Origin: Isurus oxyrinchus
Lineage: Eukaryota
Assembly: GCA_026770705.1 (NCBI GenBank)
Contig: JANJGN010000152.1
Coordinates: 62,001 to 126,000 of the forward strand
DNA length: 64,000 bases
Reading direction: 5' to 3'
Position numbers and translations under genes: made by a program. Position 1 is the stretch's first letter; each line of letters begins with the position of its first letter. This document shows positions 51,601 to 64,000 of this stretch, one piece after another. Below the pieces are notes generated by a model that had not been told where the DNA came from, ran no database searches, and worked only from the letters and a program-made list of their open reading frames with translations.

Positions 51601-53050
51601 TTGATTTCTTACACCCCTGAGAAAAGAAATCAGCAACAATCCACATCTCTCTGGGAAGATTGAACAGGCTGGGTCTTTTTTTTCTGAAAAACAGAACTAC
51701 AAGGAGAATCCATAGAAATCTTTTCAATAATGAACGGTTTTATGGTGGAGAAATTTTTCATTTGTGACTAAGTCCAAGGCAACATCCGTCAACATATAAC
51801 AATCATTAACAGAACAAATAAAATATTTAAGACAAATGAATTGAAACAAAGGCAGGTTAGAATGTGGAACTTGCTGCCACAGGGAGAGGTTGGGGATAGT
51901 ATTGATATATTTATTGGAACACTTGGAAATACAGGAGGGAGAACGGAACAGGCCAACACAGGGAGCTGGATGAAAATGGTCAATTAGATTTCTGGTGGGG
52001 TCCGGCTGGAATTGATTATATACACAGGCTGAATGGCCCATTCCTCTTCTGCACTCTTCTTCCTCTATAATGTAAAACTGAGAGAAAACTCCACCCAGTG
52101 AACCGGGGAGAGAATCAGTCAATGGGAGGAAAGAATGAAATTTTCAGAGAACTGGAAGAGGCAGTTCTCAGTGAGTAACAGTAAAACCACTGTGGAAACT
52201 GAACAGACAACTGCGAAACTTTGGGGCAAGTTCCCACGGTTGCAAAAAGTACAAACAGCACAAAATAAATGTCAAATAAAGGGAATGTGAAATTAAAGAA
52301 ATAAAATGAAATTAATTGCACCTACTTGAAATTAAGCTGAACTGGAGAAAATTGGACCCTATTGATAGAACATAAAGGAATAGAGCAAAAGGCAGATAGA
52401 AATTTCTGAGCAGTTTTAAACAGCAGTGAATGATTGACCTTTCACCACGAGAGATGCACACTCTCGGTTTGGCCCAATCGGTGCTGATGAACCCCATCCG
52501 TTTGTGTTGGATCTTGCTGTGCACAGTGTTTCCACGCAGCTGTGTTCCTCTCCAACACACATGCTTTTTGGAAACTGGTTGCCTCGCTGAACATAAAATG
52601 CTCCCTCGTGTTGGCCTCTCACCAAGGAAAATAGAAACGGGAATGTAATATAATTCATAGAATTGTCTAGCACGAAAGAATGACATTTGGCCCATCGCTG
52701 ACCCTTTAAAAGTGCAATCCAATTGTTCCCACTGCCCATGAATTTTCTCTATAGCTCTGTATTTGTATTTACATTTCCAGCACAGATCATTAACCGTTTG
52801 AAAGCCACGACTGAATCTATCCCCAACACCAATTCAGACAGTGCTGTCCTGATCGGAAGAATTCGCGATGTAAAATAAATCATCACCTCATTCCCCACTT
52901 GGTCATATTTTTATAAGAGTGAACACGGTTCAAACAGGCTTCCAGCAAATAAAATTACTGCAATAAGCAGAGCTATTCACGCGATTGACAGATTCTCCTG
53001 GACAAACAGTGGTTGAACAAAAAGATAGTGTTCATTTTTTTATCCTATAG

Positions 53051-53355
53051 ATTCCAGTTCCATGATTTCCCGGATTTCGCTTCTACAAACGTCTGCTGCT
53101 GGTGACAGCGTTACTTTAAGCTTTGGGTATTCAGGTATCTGTCAGTACACAGTACACTGGTATCGTCAGTCCCCAGGACAGGCTCCAGAATATCTTCTTC
53201 AGAGATACACTTCAGGAGAAGAGAATGAAGAAAACTCTGCAGGGAAAGAACTTCTGCTTCTGTCGATTCTTCCGAGAAAATCAGCCGGTTAAAGATCTCC
53301 AAACTGCAACTGAGCGACTCCGCTGTGTATTACTGTGAACTGAGTCGGCGCACAG
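53051..53355 (+). pseudogene. TRDV: Leaderless supporting TCR V-delta (NAR-TCR partner), defective in this sequence
   Basis: Acceptor AG 53049-53050 is in phase with the NAR-TCR J. Reads DSSSMISRISLLQTSAAGDSVTLSFGYSGICQYTVHWYRQSPGQAPEYLL..(1-nt loss ~53242-53247)..ERTSASVDSSEKISRLKISKLQLSDSAVYYCELSRR. CDR1 Cys at 53140 is diagnostic; Cys23 is TTT (Phe) at 53122. Confidence 0.9.
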
Positions 53356-53560
53356 CACAGTGATACGGAGCACGGAGAGAACCGTACAAAAACCTGAACA
53401 TGGTGCAGAGTGACACAGAAACCGGAGGGCGCTGTACAAAAACCTGAACATGGTGGGGTAACAGACACACAGTGATACAGAGCACGGAAAGAGTTGTACA
53501 AAAAGCTGAACATGGTGGGATTACAGACACACAGTGATACAAGGCACGGAAAGAAATCAA
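53356..53560 (+). repeat. Tandem array of four 23-spacer RSS copies
   Basis: CACAGTG(53356)-23-ACAAAAACC; CAGAGTG(53406)-23-ACAAAAACC; CACAGTG(53468)-23-ACAAAAAGC; CACAGTG(53530) with partial spacer and no nonamer. Confidence 0.92.
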
Positions 53561-53894
53561 ATAATTGCCCATTCGCGGGTTTACGTTGAAAGGAGCATAC
53601 ACACACACACACGCAAACCTACATACACACACAGAAGAGGGATGGGGCTAGGGAATCACTCCACGAATGTATTTTCAATTGACCTTATAATTTTGTGTCA
53701 CAGAATAAAACCGTTAAACACATCAAGGTCGCACGTTCTTTCTGGCTCTGCAGAGCCTTTAACGTTTTTATACTTCGAGCCGCCTACAATACTCCCGCCA
53801 AAATAATTCATTCAATTATCCATTCTTCAACAAGCAATATGCACTTTATGGGCATAAATGATTGAAGGTGGCCTGACAGCCTGAGAAAGTGGTG

Positions 53895-54250
53895 CTAAAA
53901 CATTAGGAATTATCGACATCATAACAGCGGCATAGAGTCTAAAAGCAAGGGAATACTACTGTTCCCCTGGAAATCACTGGTTCCCCCTCAACTGGAACAT
54001 TGTGTCCACTTCCGGGCATCGCACTTTAGGAGGGATGTGAATGGTTTAGAGAGGGCGCATGTAAGATTACTAGAGTCATCCCAGGGATGCAGAACTTCAG
54101 TTAATTGGATAGATTGGGGAAACTGGGCTTGTTCTCCATGGAGAATGGAATGTTCAGGATAGATCACATAGACGTGCTCAAAATCATGTAGCCTTGGGCT
54201 CCGTTGATCAAAACAAACTGTTTCTATAGGTGGGAGGGTAGAGAAGAGCA
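53895..54250 (+). mobile_element. Degenerate CR1 LINE fragment
   Basis: Remnant codons for KSLV.PQLEHCVHF..H and GLFSME..DHIDVLKIM. Confidence 0.65.
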
Positions 54251-55904
54251 GGAGGCTGGTTTTCGATTCTCTTCCTTGGTAAATGGGCCGTGGAAGGAAG
54301 TGGCTCCAACAGTTCTGTGCGGCTGGGAAGGAGCCCTATCTGTGGCACAGGGAGTGCAGGTGGCACTCTGCGAGAATTGTCCGCAAATTCGCGGCTGTTC
54401 AAACCATCGCTTTTGTCCACTAAGACCGAATGTTTATATTGAAGTCACTTTTCGTATAAATCAAGCCTTTTTCCCCGCATTCACGTGAGATATGCACAGC
54501 CTGCTGTATCACAAACACATACAAGGCCGACTGTGTGTCACAGAAACCTGGCCTCCGGTTTTCAATGGCTCAGGGCAAAATATTGTCAGCAGGATAACAG
54601 CACAGTGATTAGCTCTTTCTCCCCTGATCCGGTGTCAGGAGGTGACGGTGTATTTTCAGGCTCCACCCAGTATTAAAATTTCCAGCTTGTAAATCGTGTA
54701 ACTTTTGACCCGGTACATGGAAGAGGGGTAAAACCGCAGTTCTTAAAGGGGGTCTGCAGCGCTCGAGCTGTTTGGCTAAGTTTCGCATTTAGGAGGGGTG
54801 ATTAGTGGTTGAAATATGGATCGGAAGAAAGTGACAGTTTTAATGCATTGATTCAGTCAGTTGGCTGAACATCAATTGTTCATTTTTAATAACAACAATG
54901 ATTTCGTACAGTCAACACATAATGTAGAAACAGTAGTTTTCGAGGAGTACATGCCATCAATCCAATGCAATGTTGTTGTAAGAAACACGATCTGGATCTT
55001 GTTTATTGCTGTATCCTCTTAAAACACAGCATATGGACTTGGGAATACAACAAAGTTAGGATGAATGCTAACAGAGACAGAGCCTAGTATAATACTCAAA
55101 AAGGAAGTGTAAAATAATGGGGATCCATTAAAACATTCACAGAGAAAGAGCCTAACATCATAACCAAGGAGTCTAGGACTGGTACAAAAATATCTTAACA
55201 TTTCCTTATGTGACTTAATCCCAATTTTGTTTTATTGTGCCCTTGTGAGGCGCTTGGTAACATTTAAAATGTTTTAAAATGTTATAATACATGTTAAACC
55301 TGTGCAAATGCGCATTGTTGTTGTGAGATTATGCTTTGTGTTGTGTGGATATTCGTTGGCTACTGCTGGCATAACTTGCATTGTGTGGATATAACTTGCA
55401 TTGTGTGGGTATAACTTGCAATTTCTGGGGACCTTATGTGTTGTGTGTGAGTCTAACTTCTATCATGTCAGTACATTCGGCAGTATTTAACTTTCACTGT
55501 CATTCTGATTCTTACCTGGTCTCATGTAACTGAGCTGTGCTGGCTTCGGCCTGATGGCTATCAATGTTTCTTTCAGTGTCTCTCATAAATGAACGTTCCA
55601 CATGACTAAGTGTACTTTAGATCTGCGCAAGCACTAACAAGTTACATTCAAAACTACACTGGGCTGCATGAGGCATCAAGGCTCGATAATCGTCTCCCAA
55701 GTGTCTCCCAACATTCAACCACCTCCCAAAAATAACATGAAAAACAATTGCTGAATTTATTTGTTCGGGTAACTGTAAATAATTATGGAAGGTAATTGTC
55801 TCTCTGTAGAATTCCAACAGTATAAATAAGGGTCTATTTGAGCTTATCACAGAGAATCTCTGTCATCAACTATCACCGGCAGAGAACATCTCTTCTCATA
55901 GAAA

Positions 55905-58900
55905 ATGCACGGCCGAATATCTGGTGTAGTTTATGCCATTTACTATCCAATTCTTGCTGCTATTGGAGTTCCGGGTAAGTCTTTGGGCTAAACCATCAAT
56001 TGGACAAAGCACTGTTTTATGGATTTCCAGCATCCGCAGTGTTTTGTTTTTATCTCTGTGTTTAATTGACTGCCACTTCACTTCAAGAAATACCTACCTT
56101 GAAGAAGTACGGCTCTTCTCTCCGACAAGATTTCCGTATCTCTCTTTTGCCTTGTTCACTGCTTGCTTGTCCCTACAACCACACTCCCCACTTCTCTCCC
56201 CCCACCCCACCCCCACCTTAAACCAGCTTATATTTCACCCCTCTCCTAATTTTGCTCAGTTCTGTTGAAGGGTCATGAGGACTCAAAACATCAACTTTAC
56301 TCTTCTCTGCCAATGCTGCCAGTCCTGCTGATATTTTCCAGATAATTTTGTTTTTGTTTTGGATTTCCAGCCTCCGCAGTTTTTTGTTTTTATCACTGTT
56401 TTATGAAGCTGGTTCTGTCAATGACAAGTAAAAATTGTGATATAGTCATCTTCAGGCATTTCTTTAAACTCATTTTTTCAGGGATATATAAAATTTCCAC
56501 CGTTTTAATATTTCTTTGTTTTAAACTCAAGCATTAATAATTAAGTCTCTGAAAAACCCAAAATTCTGCGTCTATTCCTTTACACCATCCCATGCTGAGG
56601 CTGCGCAGGTTGCTAGATTGATTTCTAAAAAGTAATATTCTGGTAACCTTTTCAAAATCTATAGTTCACGGATATTCTTCTACAAGTGAATAACTGGAGA
56701 ATACATATCCAGTGATACCAACTTTGGGTAGATTTTGATTTTGTGTTAGTCTAAAAATAGCAATTGCCGTTGTTATATCTGCCTTGAATTATGGTTCCAT
56801 TGTTTTCAGGTGAATTACCATTCTGGAGTGATGTGGAATGAGCTGCAGGTTCATTAATAGCCATTTCACATTTGCGCCTGAAGTTAAGCTTCACCTGCTT
56901 GAAATGGTTGAGGGGTGAAATTGGCCTTGAGCTGTTAAGCAAGCCAGTTTTACCCTCGATGCAGTCCTCTGTCCCATTGACATTGGAGGCTTGGAAATCG
57001 GACCAAGTGTAAAACTGTCAGCTCATTAGATCCAGCCTAAAAACGGTTCCTGCCCCATGGAAGTCAAAGGGTATCGGGTTCAGGTGGGAATGTGGAGCTG
57101 TGGCCATGCTCAGGCTAGCCATAATCTTATTGAATAACGAAGCAGGCTAGAGGGACCGAATGGCCTGTCTCTGCTCCTGATTCGTATGTTTGTATTTCCT
57201 TGAAATGCTCGCCCAAGGCTATTGAATTAATAGTTTAGTGGCATAGTCAATATAGTTATCTTCCCTTTGAGTTTGGGCTTCTTTACGTTATGCCAATCAA
57301 TCACTATTTCCCATTCTGCGCTAAAATTGCCCTTTAATTTGTCTCTTTGTGGGTATGCTTTTATAACGAAAGCCATGAAGTTATGAACTAAATGCAGTTT
57401 AAAAATTAATGCGGAGATCTGATCAAAATAATCACTGGTGTCAAATGTTTTTAATTACAAAGTCAATCATTATACGTACGGAGTAAGTTAACGCTTTCAT
57501 GAGAAAACCAGGTGAATATTTATTTTTTGTAGCGTCTCTTACTGAGGCACCGCTACTTTGTTCTAATGGTTTTGCTACTCTATGTTCTGAAACATTTTTC
57601 TCTGGCCAGAGCTGGTTGAGCGAGGAAGGAAATGCTATTGTGTTGTTTCATACATGACAAAATCCCTGGTAGATAACCGACATCAGACGTGTTTGCAGAA
57701 AAATCGTTGTGGCTCAGCAAAGGAATGTATAACTTAACATAGACCTTTCATGCCAACCAGGTTATGTTCCGCGAGCGGAAGCTCATGCTTACGTCACTGG
57801 ATTAATGATCCAGAGGCCTGAGCCAATGACATGAGTTCCAATTCTAATTCTACTAATTAATTTAAATGGAGATAATAAATAACTCGAGTAAAGTTGAAGT
57901 ACCAGAAATAGTGATCAGGCAACTACAAGATCATCGCAATAAACTCTACCCGGTTCACCAACGTCCTTCAGGGAAGGACATCTACTCCGGCTCAGATATG
58001 ATTCCAGATCCACAACAATGTGGTTGAACATTAACTGCCTTCTTACATGACCCAGAAAACCATTCAATCGGTAGGTGACAGCTGGCCATCACCCTCTGAA
58101 AGGCAGTTAGTGATGGACAATAGACGCTGTTGCTCCTAAGTCGCCGAAATCAAGTGAATGAATGAATGAATAAAAAGGGCCAGGGTGTAGGAGGGGCTAG
58201 AGCGCTTACCCTACACCCGGAAAGCTGGAAAGTAAGTCGAAGCTGCTGTTAACTTGAGAATCAGGCATTGTGCCGAGCCGTGCACCACTGGAACAGACAT
58301 ACATCTGAGCAGCTACCTGCGTGTATATGAACAATGGGCAAGTTCTATGTTTCTGTCATTATGTGTAGCTCTAAATGAACATGATAAGGTTTTAGTGACA
58401 GACAACGCTTACATATGTACCAATAGGCTGCAAAATTTGCATTCCGCTCAGTGGGAGATGAAACGTGGTGAATAGGAAATTCACATAGAACCAAACGTTC
58501 CCGATATTGGGGAGGCATAAAATCGGTGATCTGCATTGGGATATCCGTTTGATGCCCTGAGGATCTCTAGACTGGTGTTAATCAGAAAGATTATTCTATC
58601 TTCAACCAAAAACGGTTGTTGCCCATTGGAGTCAAAGGATATCGGGGGCAGGTGGGAATGTGGCATTGAGGCCGTAATGAGATCATCCATGATCTTATTG
58701 AATGGCGAAGAAGGCTAGATTGGCTGAATGGCCTGAGTCTGCTCCTGATTCGTTTGTTTGTACGTCCCTGAAATATTCGTCCAAGGCTATTGAATTAATA
58801 GTTTAGTGGAATAGCCACTATACTAATCATCTATTCATTGCGATTACAGGGCACAGATCGGCACGCTCCATACTTCAGCCGCTCAAACGTCAGAACTCAC

Positions 58901-61685
58901 CTGGGAGTGAAGACAAATGTTGGAGATAAAATTCGTTTTTCCTGTACCTCAGAGTGAGAGAGGTTCCAAGCAAAATTAAAACCATGCCGGATTTTTACTT
59001 CAATCATTGTGCATTGTCCCAAAGAAGAATTTCAGCGACAATATTTTGTTTGCCTCCTTTGGGGTATTGAATTGCCTTTTGGTCAATGGGCGTGAAGAGT
59101 GGGAGAAGAACTACGGACATGATTCTGGTTACACCGAGGGGTGCAGATTAAAGGCTTTTAACTATTTTAAACAACGATTGCTCTGGGTCCGAACTTCAGT
59201 CCCGCTTCTTCATTGGTGTCACAGGGCCTGATAATTATCGCTCCCATTTTGAGGCCCTCTAAAGGCAAGTGGTATTCATGAAAATCGCCTCATCTTTATT
59301 TTATTAATCCAAATTATATCACCTTGGACACCAGCAATTTGTTGATTTGATTAATGCCATCGGAATGTTAAAGTATGTCATGCATCCACGCTTACAGGTA
59401 GCATAGCCACCGGGATCTGAGATACATAATCCAATCCAGTGGGGTGCTCAGCACTGAGTACCAAAAAATTACTGAAAGTTATCTGGTTTACATATCCAGA
59501 TGGACGATGTGTGATGACCTGGGAGGTGATCATTGTCGTGCTATATATACGTGGTCATTTGCTCTTACAGCTGCAGATTTACATATGGCACCACGTGCGC
59601 TCCATTCTCGCTGTGGTGTGATTGATGTCTTTCTGGAAGATCAGACAAGTTTGTATACAAGAACACCAGCGATAGAAGCAGCAGAAGACCATGCAGCACG
59701 CTGAGCCAGCTCCTCCGTTAAATTAAATCATGGCTGATCCTGGTCTTCAATCCACTTTCCGCTGGGTCCACATACCATCTGATTCCCAGAGACGCCAACA
59801 ATCTGTCTATCCAAGTCTGAAATCTTCTCAACAATGAAATATCCACAGACCTCTGGGTATAGAATTCCAGAAATGCACAAACTTTTGAGTGAAGAAATTT
59901 CTGCTGATCTCCATCCAAAATGATCGCTCTCTTATCCCGGGGCTGTTCCCGGAGGCTTTAGATCTTCCAGTCAGCGGGAAAACCCTCCGCATGTCTATCC
60001 CGTCAAGCCCTTGAGAATAGTGCATGTTTCCATGAGATTACTTCCCATTCTTCTAAATCCCTGAAAATATAAGCCGAAGTTATTTCGCCTTTCACCATCG
60101 GGCAATAAACATCACACCTCCGCACAATGGGAACTGTAGAAAAGTAGACATGTCGCCTCCAAACTAGCAGTATTTCAGATATAAATCGTTTGGTGCTTCT
60201 CCAATTGCATATACCCGACACATCCTGCTTCCTAAACATCCTCCCGTGGAATCCTAACGAGCCAATTTAAACAATGTCACAGTGTACATTTCAACAACAG
60301 AAAGATAATATGTCTACTGTATTTAGAGGAAATGCCCTGTAACATGATGCAATATCCAAAAGCTGAGTGCCAAATATTACAAGTAACCTCGAGGCCTTCA
60401 GCTGTTATGTCCTAAGCTCTCTTAAATTCACTCCCTAAAACATTCCGCCTCTCTACTGCACTCTCTTCCTTAAATCGTCCCTTAAACCTATATCATTCTC
60501 ATTCTTTTTCGTCATTTGGCATAATATCTCCTTATGCGGTTGGATATTAAATTTTGCTGTATAACTCTCCTGTGACACGCTTGGGCCACGTTTTTACGTT
60601 AAAGGTGCTATATAACTGCAGCCTATCCATGTTGTTTATATTAAAACAGAGATGACATTGGAAAGCTATTAATCATTAATTTGGTTGTCTTCTATAAACG
60701 AGGATGAAGTATCAGAAGCCTGTAACATTCATGTCCCTGCTTGAACTTTACAATGTTAATTTTGTTATTCCTCTCAGTTAACTTGGTGATAATTGTGATC
60801 CTATCCCGAGGAAGGTGTGGTCTCTCCAAATGCATCACTCGGTACCTGGTGTCCATGGCAGTGACGGATCTATTAGTTGTTGTGAGCGCTGTGATATTCA
60901 ATCGGATCATTGGCATTTATGTTCCCGTTAGTTTTATGTCCATGACTCCAGCCTGCACTCTCAGTACTGTGCTAATCTATGCAGCCACGGAGAGTTCTGT
61001 TTGGTTAACCGTCGCTTTCACCTTTGACCGATACAGAGCCATTTGTTTCCAGAAGCTGAAAACAAATTATTGCACTGAGAGAGTGGCAGCTGTGGTTATA
61101 GGAACTGTCTGCCTGTTAAGCTGTTTAAAAAGTGTTCCCTGGTACTTTATGTATGAACCACTCTATATAATGAACAATGTACCGTGGTTTTGTCGTGTAA
61201 AATCAAGCTTCTATACTTCACTCGCATGGACAGCCTATGATTGGTTTGCACGAGTTCTAAATCCGGGCTTGCCATTCCTCCTGATCCTGTTGTTCAATGC
61301 TCTGACCGTCAGGCACATCCTCGAGGCCAGTCGAGTCCGCAGGAGACTCCGGACTCACAGCAGTGGAGAGAAGCAGAGTGATCCAGAGATGAAGAACCGG
61401 AGAAAGTCAGTTGTTTTACTCTTTACCATCTCGGGAAGCTTCATCCTGTTGTGGATGACGTACATTGTGGATTTCCTGTATATCAAAATTACAAACGAAC
61501 CTTATTTCACAGGTTCAAATTTCAATGACCCCAAATTCAGTCTCCAAGAAAGTGGAAATATGCTTCAGCTCCTGAGCTGCTGCACCAACACGTGTATTTA
61601 TGCAGTGACCCAGAGAAAATTCAGAGAGGAGCTGAAAAATGCAGCAAAATATCCTTGGAATCTAATTGTGAAGTTAGTAAACTAG
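55905..61685 (+). CDS. Class A orphan GPCR, GPR139/GPR142-like; exon 1 55905-55974, exon 2 60778-61685; 325 aa
   Basis: Exon 1 MHGRISGVVYAIYYPILAAIGVP|GTAAGT splices in phase to acceptor AG 60776-60777, giving VNLVIIVILSRGRCGLSKC..MAVTDLL..WLTVAFTFDRY..LPFLLILLFN..CTNTCIY. Seven hydrophobic segments, no stops. Confidence 0.9.
59660..60120 (-). mobile_element. CR1 LINE 3' fragment in the GPCR intron
   Basis: QGLDGIDMRRVFPL..NFFTQKFVHFWNS. Confidence 0.75.
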
Positions 61686-61959
61686 GAAAGTCACAGGCCT
61701 GAGTTTTGGTTAATCATCAAAATGTATATTTTTATCTGTGTTTTTCTCCCTGACCTGTCGGGTGAAATTGGTCTTGCACAGCCGTGTAAAACGGGCTCTA
61801 AACAACCTGCCACCAGTTTGCATCCTGCTTCCCTGACGTGTCAAGTGAAGAAAATCGGACTGGATGTAAAATCCACAGCCGGTTTGTGATCACCAGGCTT
61901 GTGTGACCAGCCCCTCCAATCATGTCCCGCCCTCCTTTAGAGGTTTCTCCTTAAGAAGA

Positions 61960-63640
61960 TAAGAAATGGGAATAGGGAGGGCCAAGCAATTCCTCCAGCC
62001 TGCACTTCATTTAATACAATCGTGACCGAACTTCTATATCAAAGCCACAATCCTGCTCCATCCCTTTATCCACTGACTCCCTTAGTGCCCCAAAATCCAT
62101 CAGCTTCAAACTTGAATATGCTCAGTAATTGAATGCCCACAGTCCGCTAGCATAGAGAGTCCAAAAATCGGTAACTCTTAAATTTCTCATCATCCAAGAC
62201 CCACATTCCTTATCCTGAAACTATGATCCTTAGTTACCCTCTATCTAGATGAAGAAACATCTTCTCGGTGTCTGCTTGTCGAGTTCCCAAAATAAATTGA
62301 AATATTTCGATGAGATCACTTCTCATGCTCCGAAACTCTGAGACTAGAGGCCCATTCTACTCAATCTTCACCCTGTCTCCCTGGCACAAAACAGATCTGT
62401 CCCAGTTCCTTCCTCCGGATACCAAAGGATATCGTAAAGTGACCTGGTGGATTTGCAAGTCAGTAAAGGTCACAAATGAACTCCGGAAATTGCAATACAT
62501 TACTTGGTGATGCACATTGACATGGGCCATTAAAGTATTTCAAACAAATGTGCTAACAGCTGTAAGGAATCATTTACACACCGATGTTAAACCTTCAAGA
62601 AGAAAATTCACCATCGGCAGATCTGTCTTCATGTGTATATTCCAAGTTCTCTTTACAGGAACATAGTTGCCCTGTACTCCGGCTATTCCCCCATTGGATT
62701 CCCAATGCTCTGACACAGTTTTCCCTGCTCATAGCTGCTTTCAGTCCACTTGGGCGAAATCATATCTCATCTTAGTAAAGTCAGCCTTTCTCCAGTTTAG
62801 AACTTTTATTCCTGGCCCAACCTTATACTTTTCCATATATATCCTAAATCTAACTGAGCAATGGTCACTATTCCCAAAATGCTCCCCTACTGATACGCTT
62901 TCCACCTGCCTGGGCTCACTTCCGAACATTAGGTCCAGAACTGCCCCTTTCCTTGTTAGGTTTTTTACATACTGCCTAAAAAATGTTCTCCTGGATGCAA
63001 CTTAAGAATTTTGCTCCCTCCCTAACTTGCAGACGAAAACTCTCCCAGTTAAAATTTGGGTAGTAAAAATCCTCTACTATTGCTGTCTTACTATTCTTAC
63101 ACAGCTCTGAAATTTGATTAAATATTTGATCCTCTATGTCTCCCTAACTATTTGGGGGCCTATAGTACACACCCAACAGCGTGTTTGCCCCTTTTGTGTT
63201 TTTTCAGTTTTACCCATTTGGCCTCATTTGATGATCCTTCAAGGATATTATCTCTCTTCATTGTTATAATTCATTTCTTGATCAGTATTGCGGCCCACCA
63301 TTCTCTTCTATCCCCCTCTTGATCTTGTCTGAATACCCTATAACCAGGAATGTTGAGCTGCCAATCCTCCACTTCTTTTAGCCAAGTGTCGGTCATAACT
63401 ATGATATCATATTGCCAGGTGTCTGTCTATGCCCTCAGCTCGTCTGTCTTATTCCTCAGGCTCCCTGCATTAAAGTATATTCAATTTAGCCTGGCTAAAC
63501 TCTCTTCTTTCTTATCTAGCCTATGATCTCTCTGCCTTCCAGACTCACCTACTAGCATTTTAACTTCTAATTCCATCTCAGCTTCTCTCCCCGTTGAACT
63601 ACGTTTCAGGATCCCATCACTCTGCCAATTTAGTTTAAAT
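61960..63640 (-). mobile_element. CR1 LINE fragments (3' tail ~61960-62360; endonuclease region ~62610-63640)
   Basis: VSVGEHFGNSDHCSVRF..LNWRKADF is the APE endonuclease SDH motif of CR1 ORF2. Confidence 0.8.
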
Positions 63641-64000
63641 CCAATTCAATTTAAATGAATTCATCGCTACATTGAGAGTCACAGAGCCATTCCTGAAAGA
63701 TCACAACAAAACATGACACTCAACAACAAGAGGTTAGGAACCTTGCCAGAATTATATTATTTGATTTCAATTTGCACTTATAATATAACCGACCATTATA
63801 AGTTTATTTACTTCAATTTACATAATGTATTTTACGGCAGTTTCTGAGCCTGACTGTAATATTGATCAACCTTTCCCCACATCCCCTGTCAGTGTCCTAC
63901 ATACTTTGGCTGCAGCCTGTTCACGGACTTCATTTAGAACCATAGAACCATAGGAAAGTTACAACAGAGGAGCACATTCGGCCCCTCTTGTCCATTCCAG

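Noticed and set aside
54601-54607. Isolated CACAGTG heptamer (also CACGGTG near 46550)
   Set aside because: No nonamer at 12 or 22/23 bp and no adjacent V, D or J coding sequence.
60741-60777. N-terminus of the 314-aa GPCR ORF in the track
   Set aside because: Non-ATG start inside the polypyrimidine tract; the real N-terminus and first half of TM1 are in the exon at 55905-55974.

Overview
This is eukaryotic DNA from a cartilaginous fish (shark-like), not a prokaryote, and it is part of a rearranging antigen-receptor region. At the left end (minus strand) is an intact IgM-type heavy-chain cluster (leader, VH, D1, D2 with their recombination signal sequences, RSS); JH/CH should lie beyond the window edge. 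About 40 kb of LINE, SINE and Penelope debris follows, including an ~11 kb satellite of 27/54-bp units. On the plus strand come two TCR V-alpha/delta pseudogenes and a complete NAR-TCR cassette (leader, NAR-type V with 22-RSS, D with 12/12-RSS, J with 23-RSS). Next is a leaderless supporting V-delta that is damaged (Cys23>Phe plus a frameshift) and followed by a tandem array of four RSS copies. A two-exon GPR139/142-like class A GPCR lies near the right end. The most notable points are the divergent cis-linkage of an IgH cluster to NAR-TCR/TCR-delta segments with compatible RSS, the tandem RSS array, and an intact NAR-TCR VDJ whose partner V is dead but which has a possible alternative short Cys-tail exon. 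Most listed ORFs are spurious frames in repeats. Repeat boundaries are approximate and family names come from motif recognition by eye, not from database searches.
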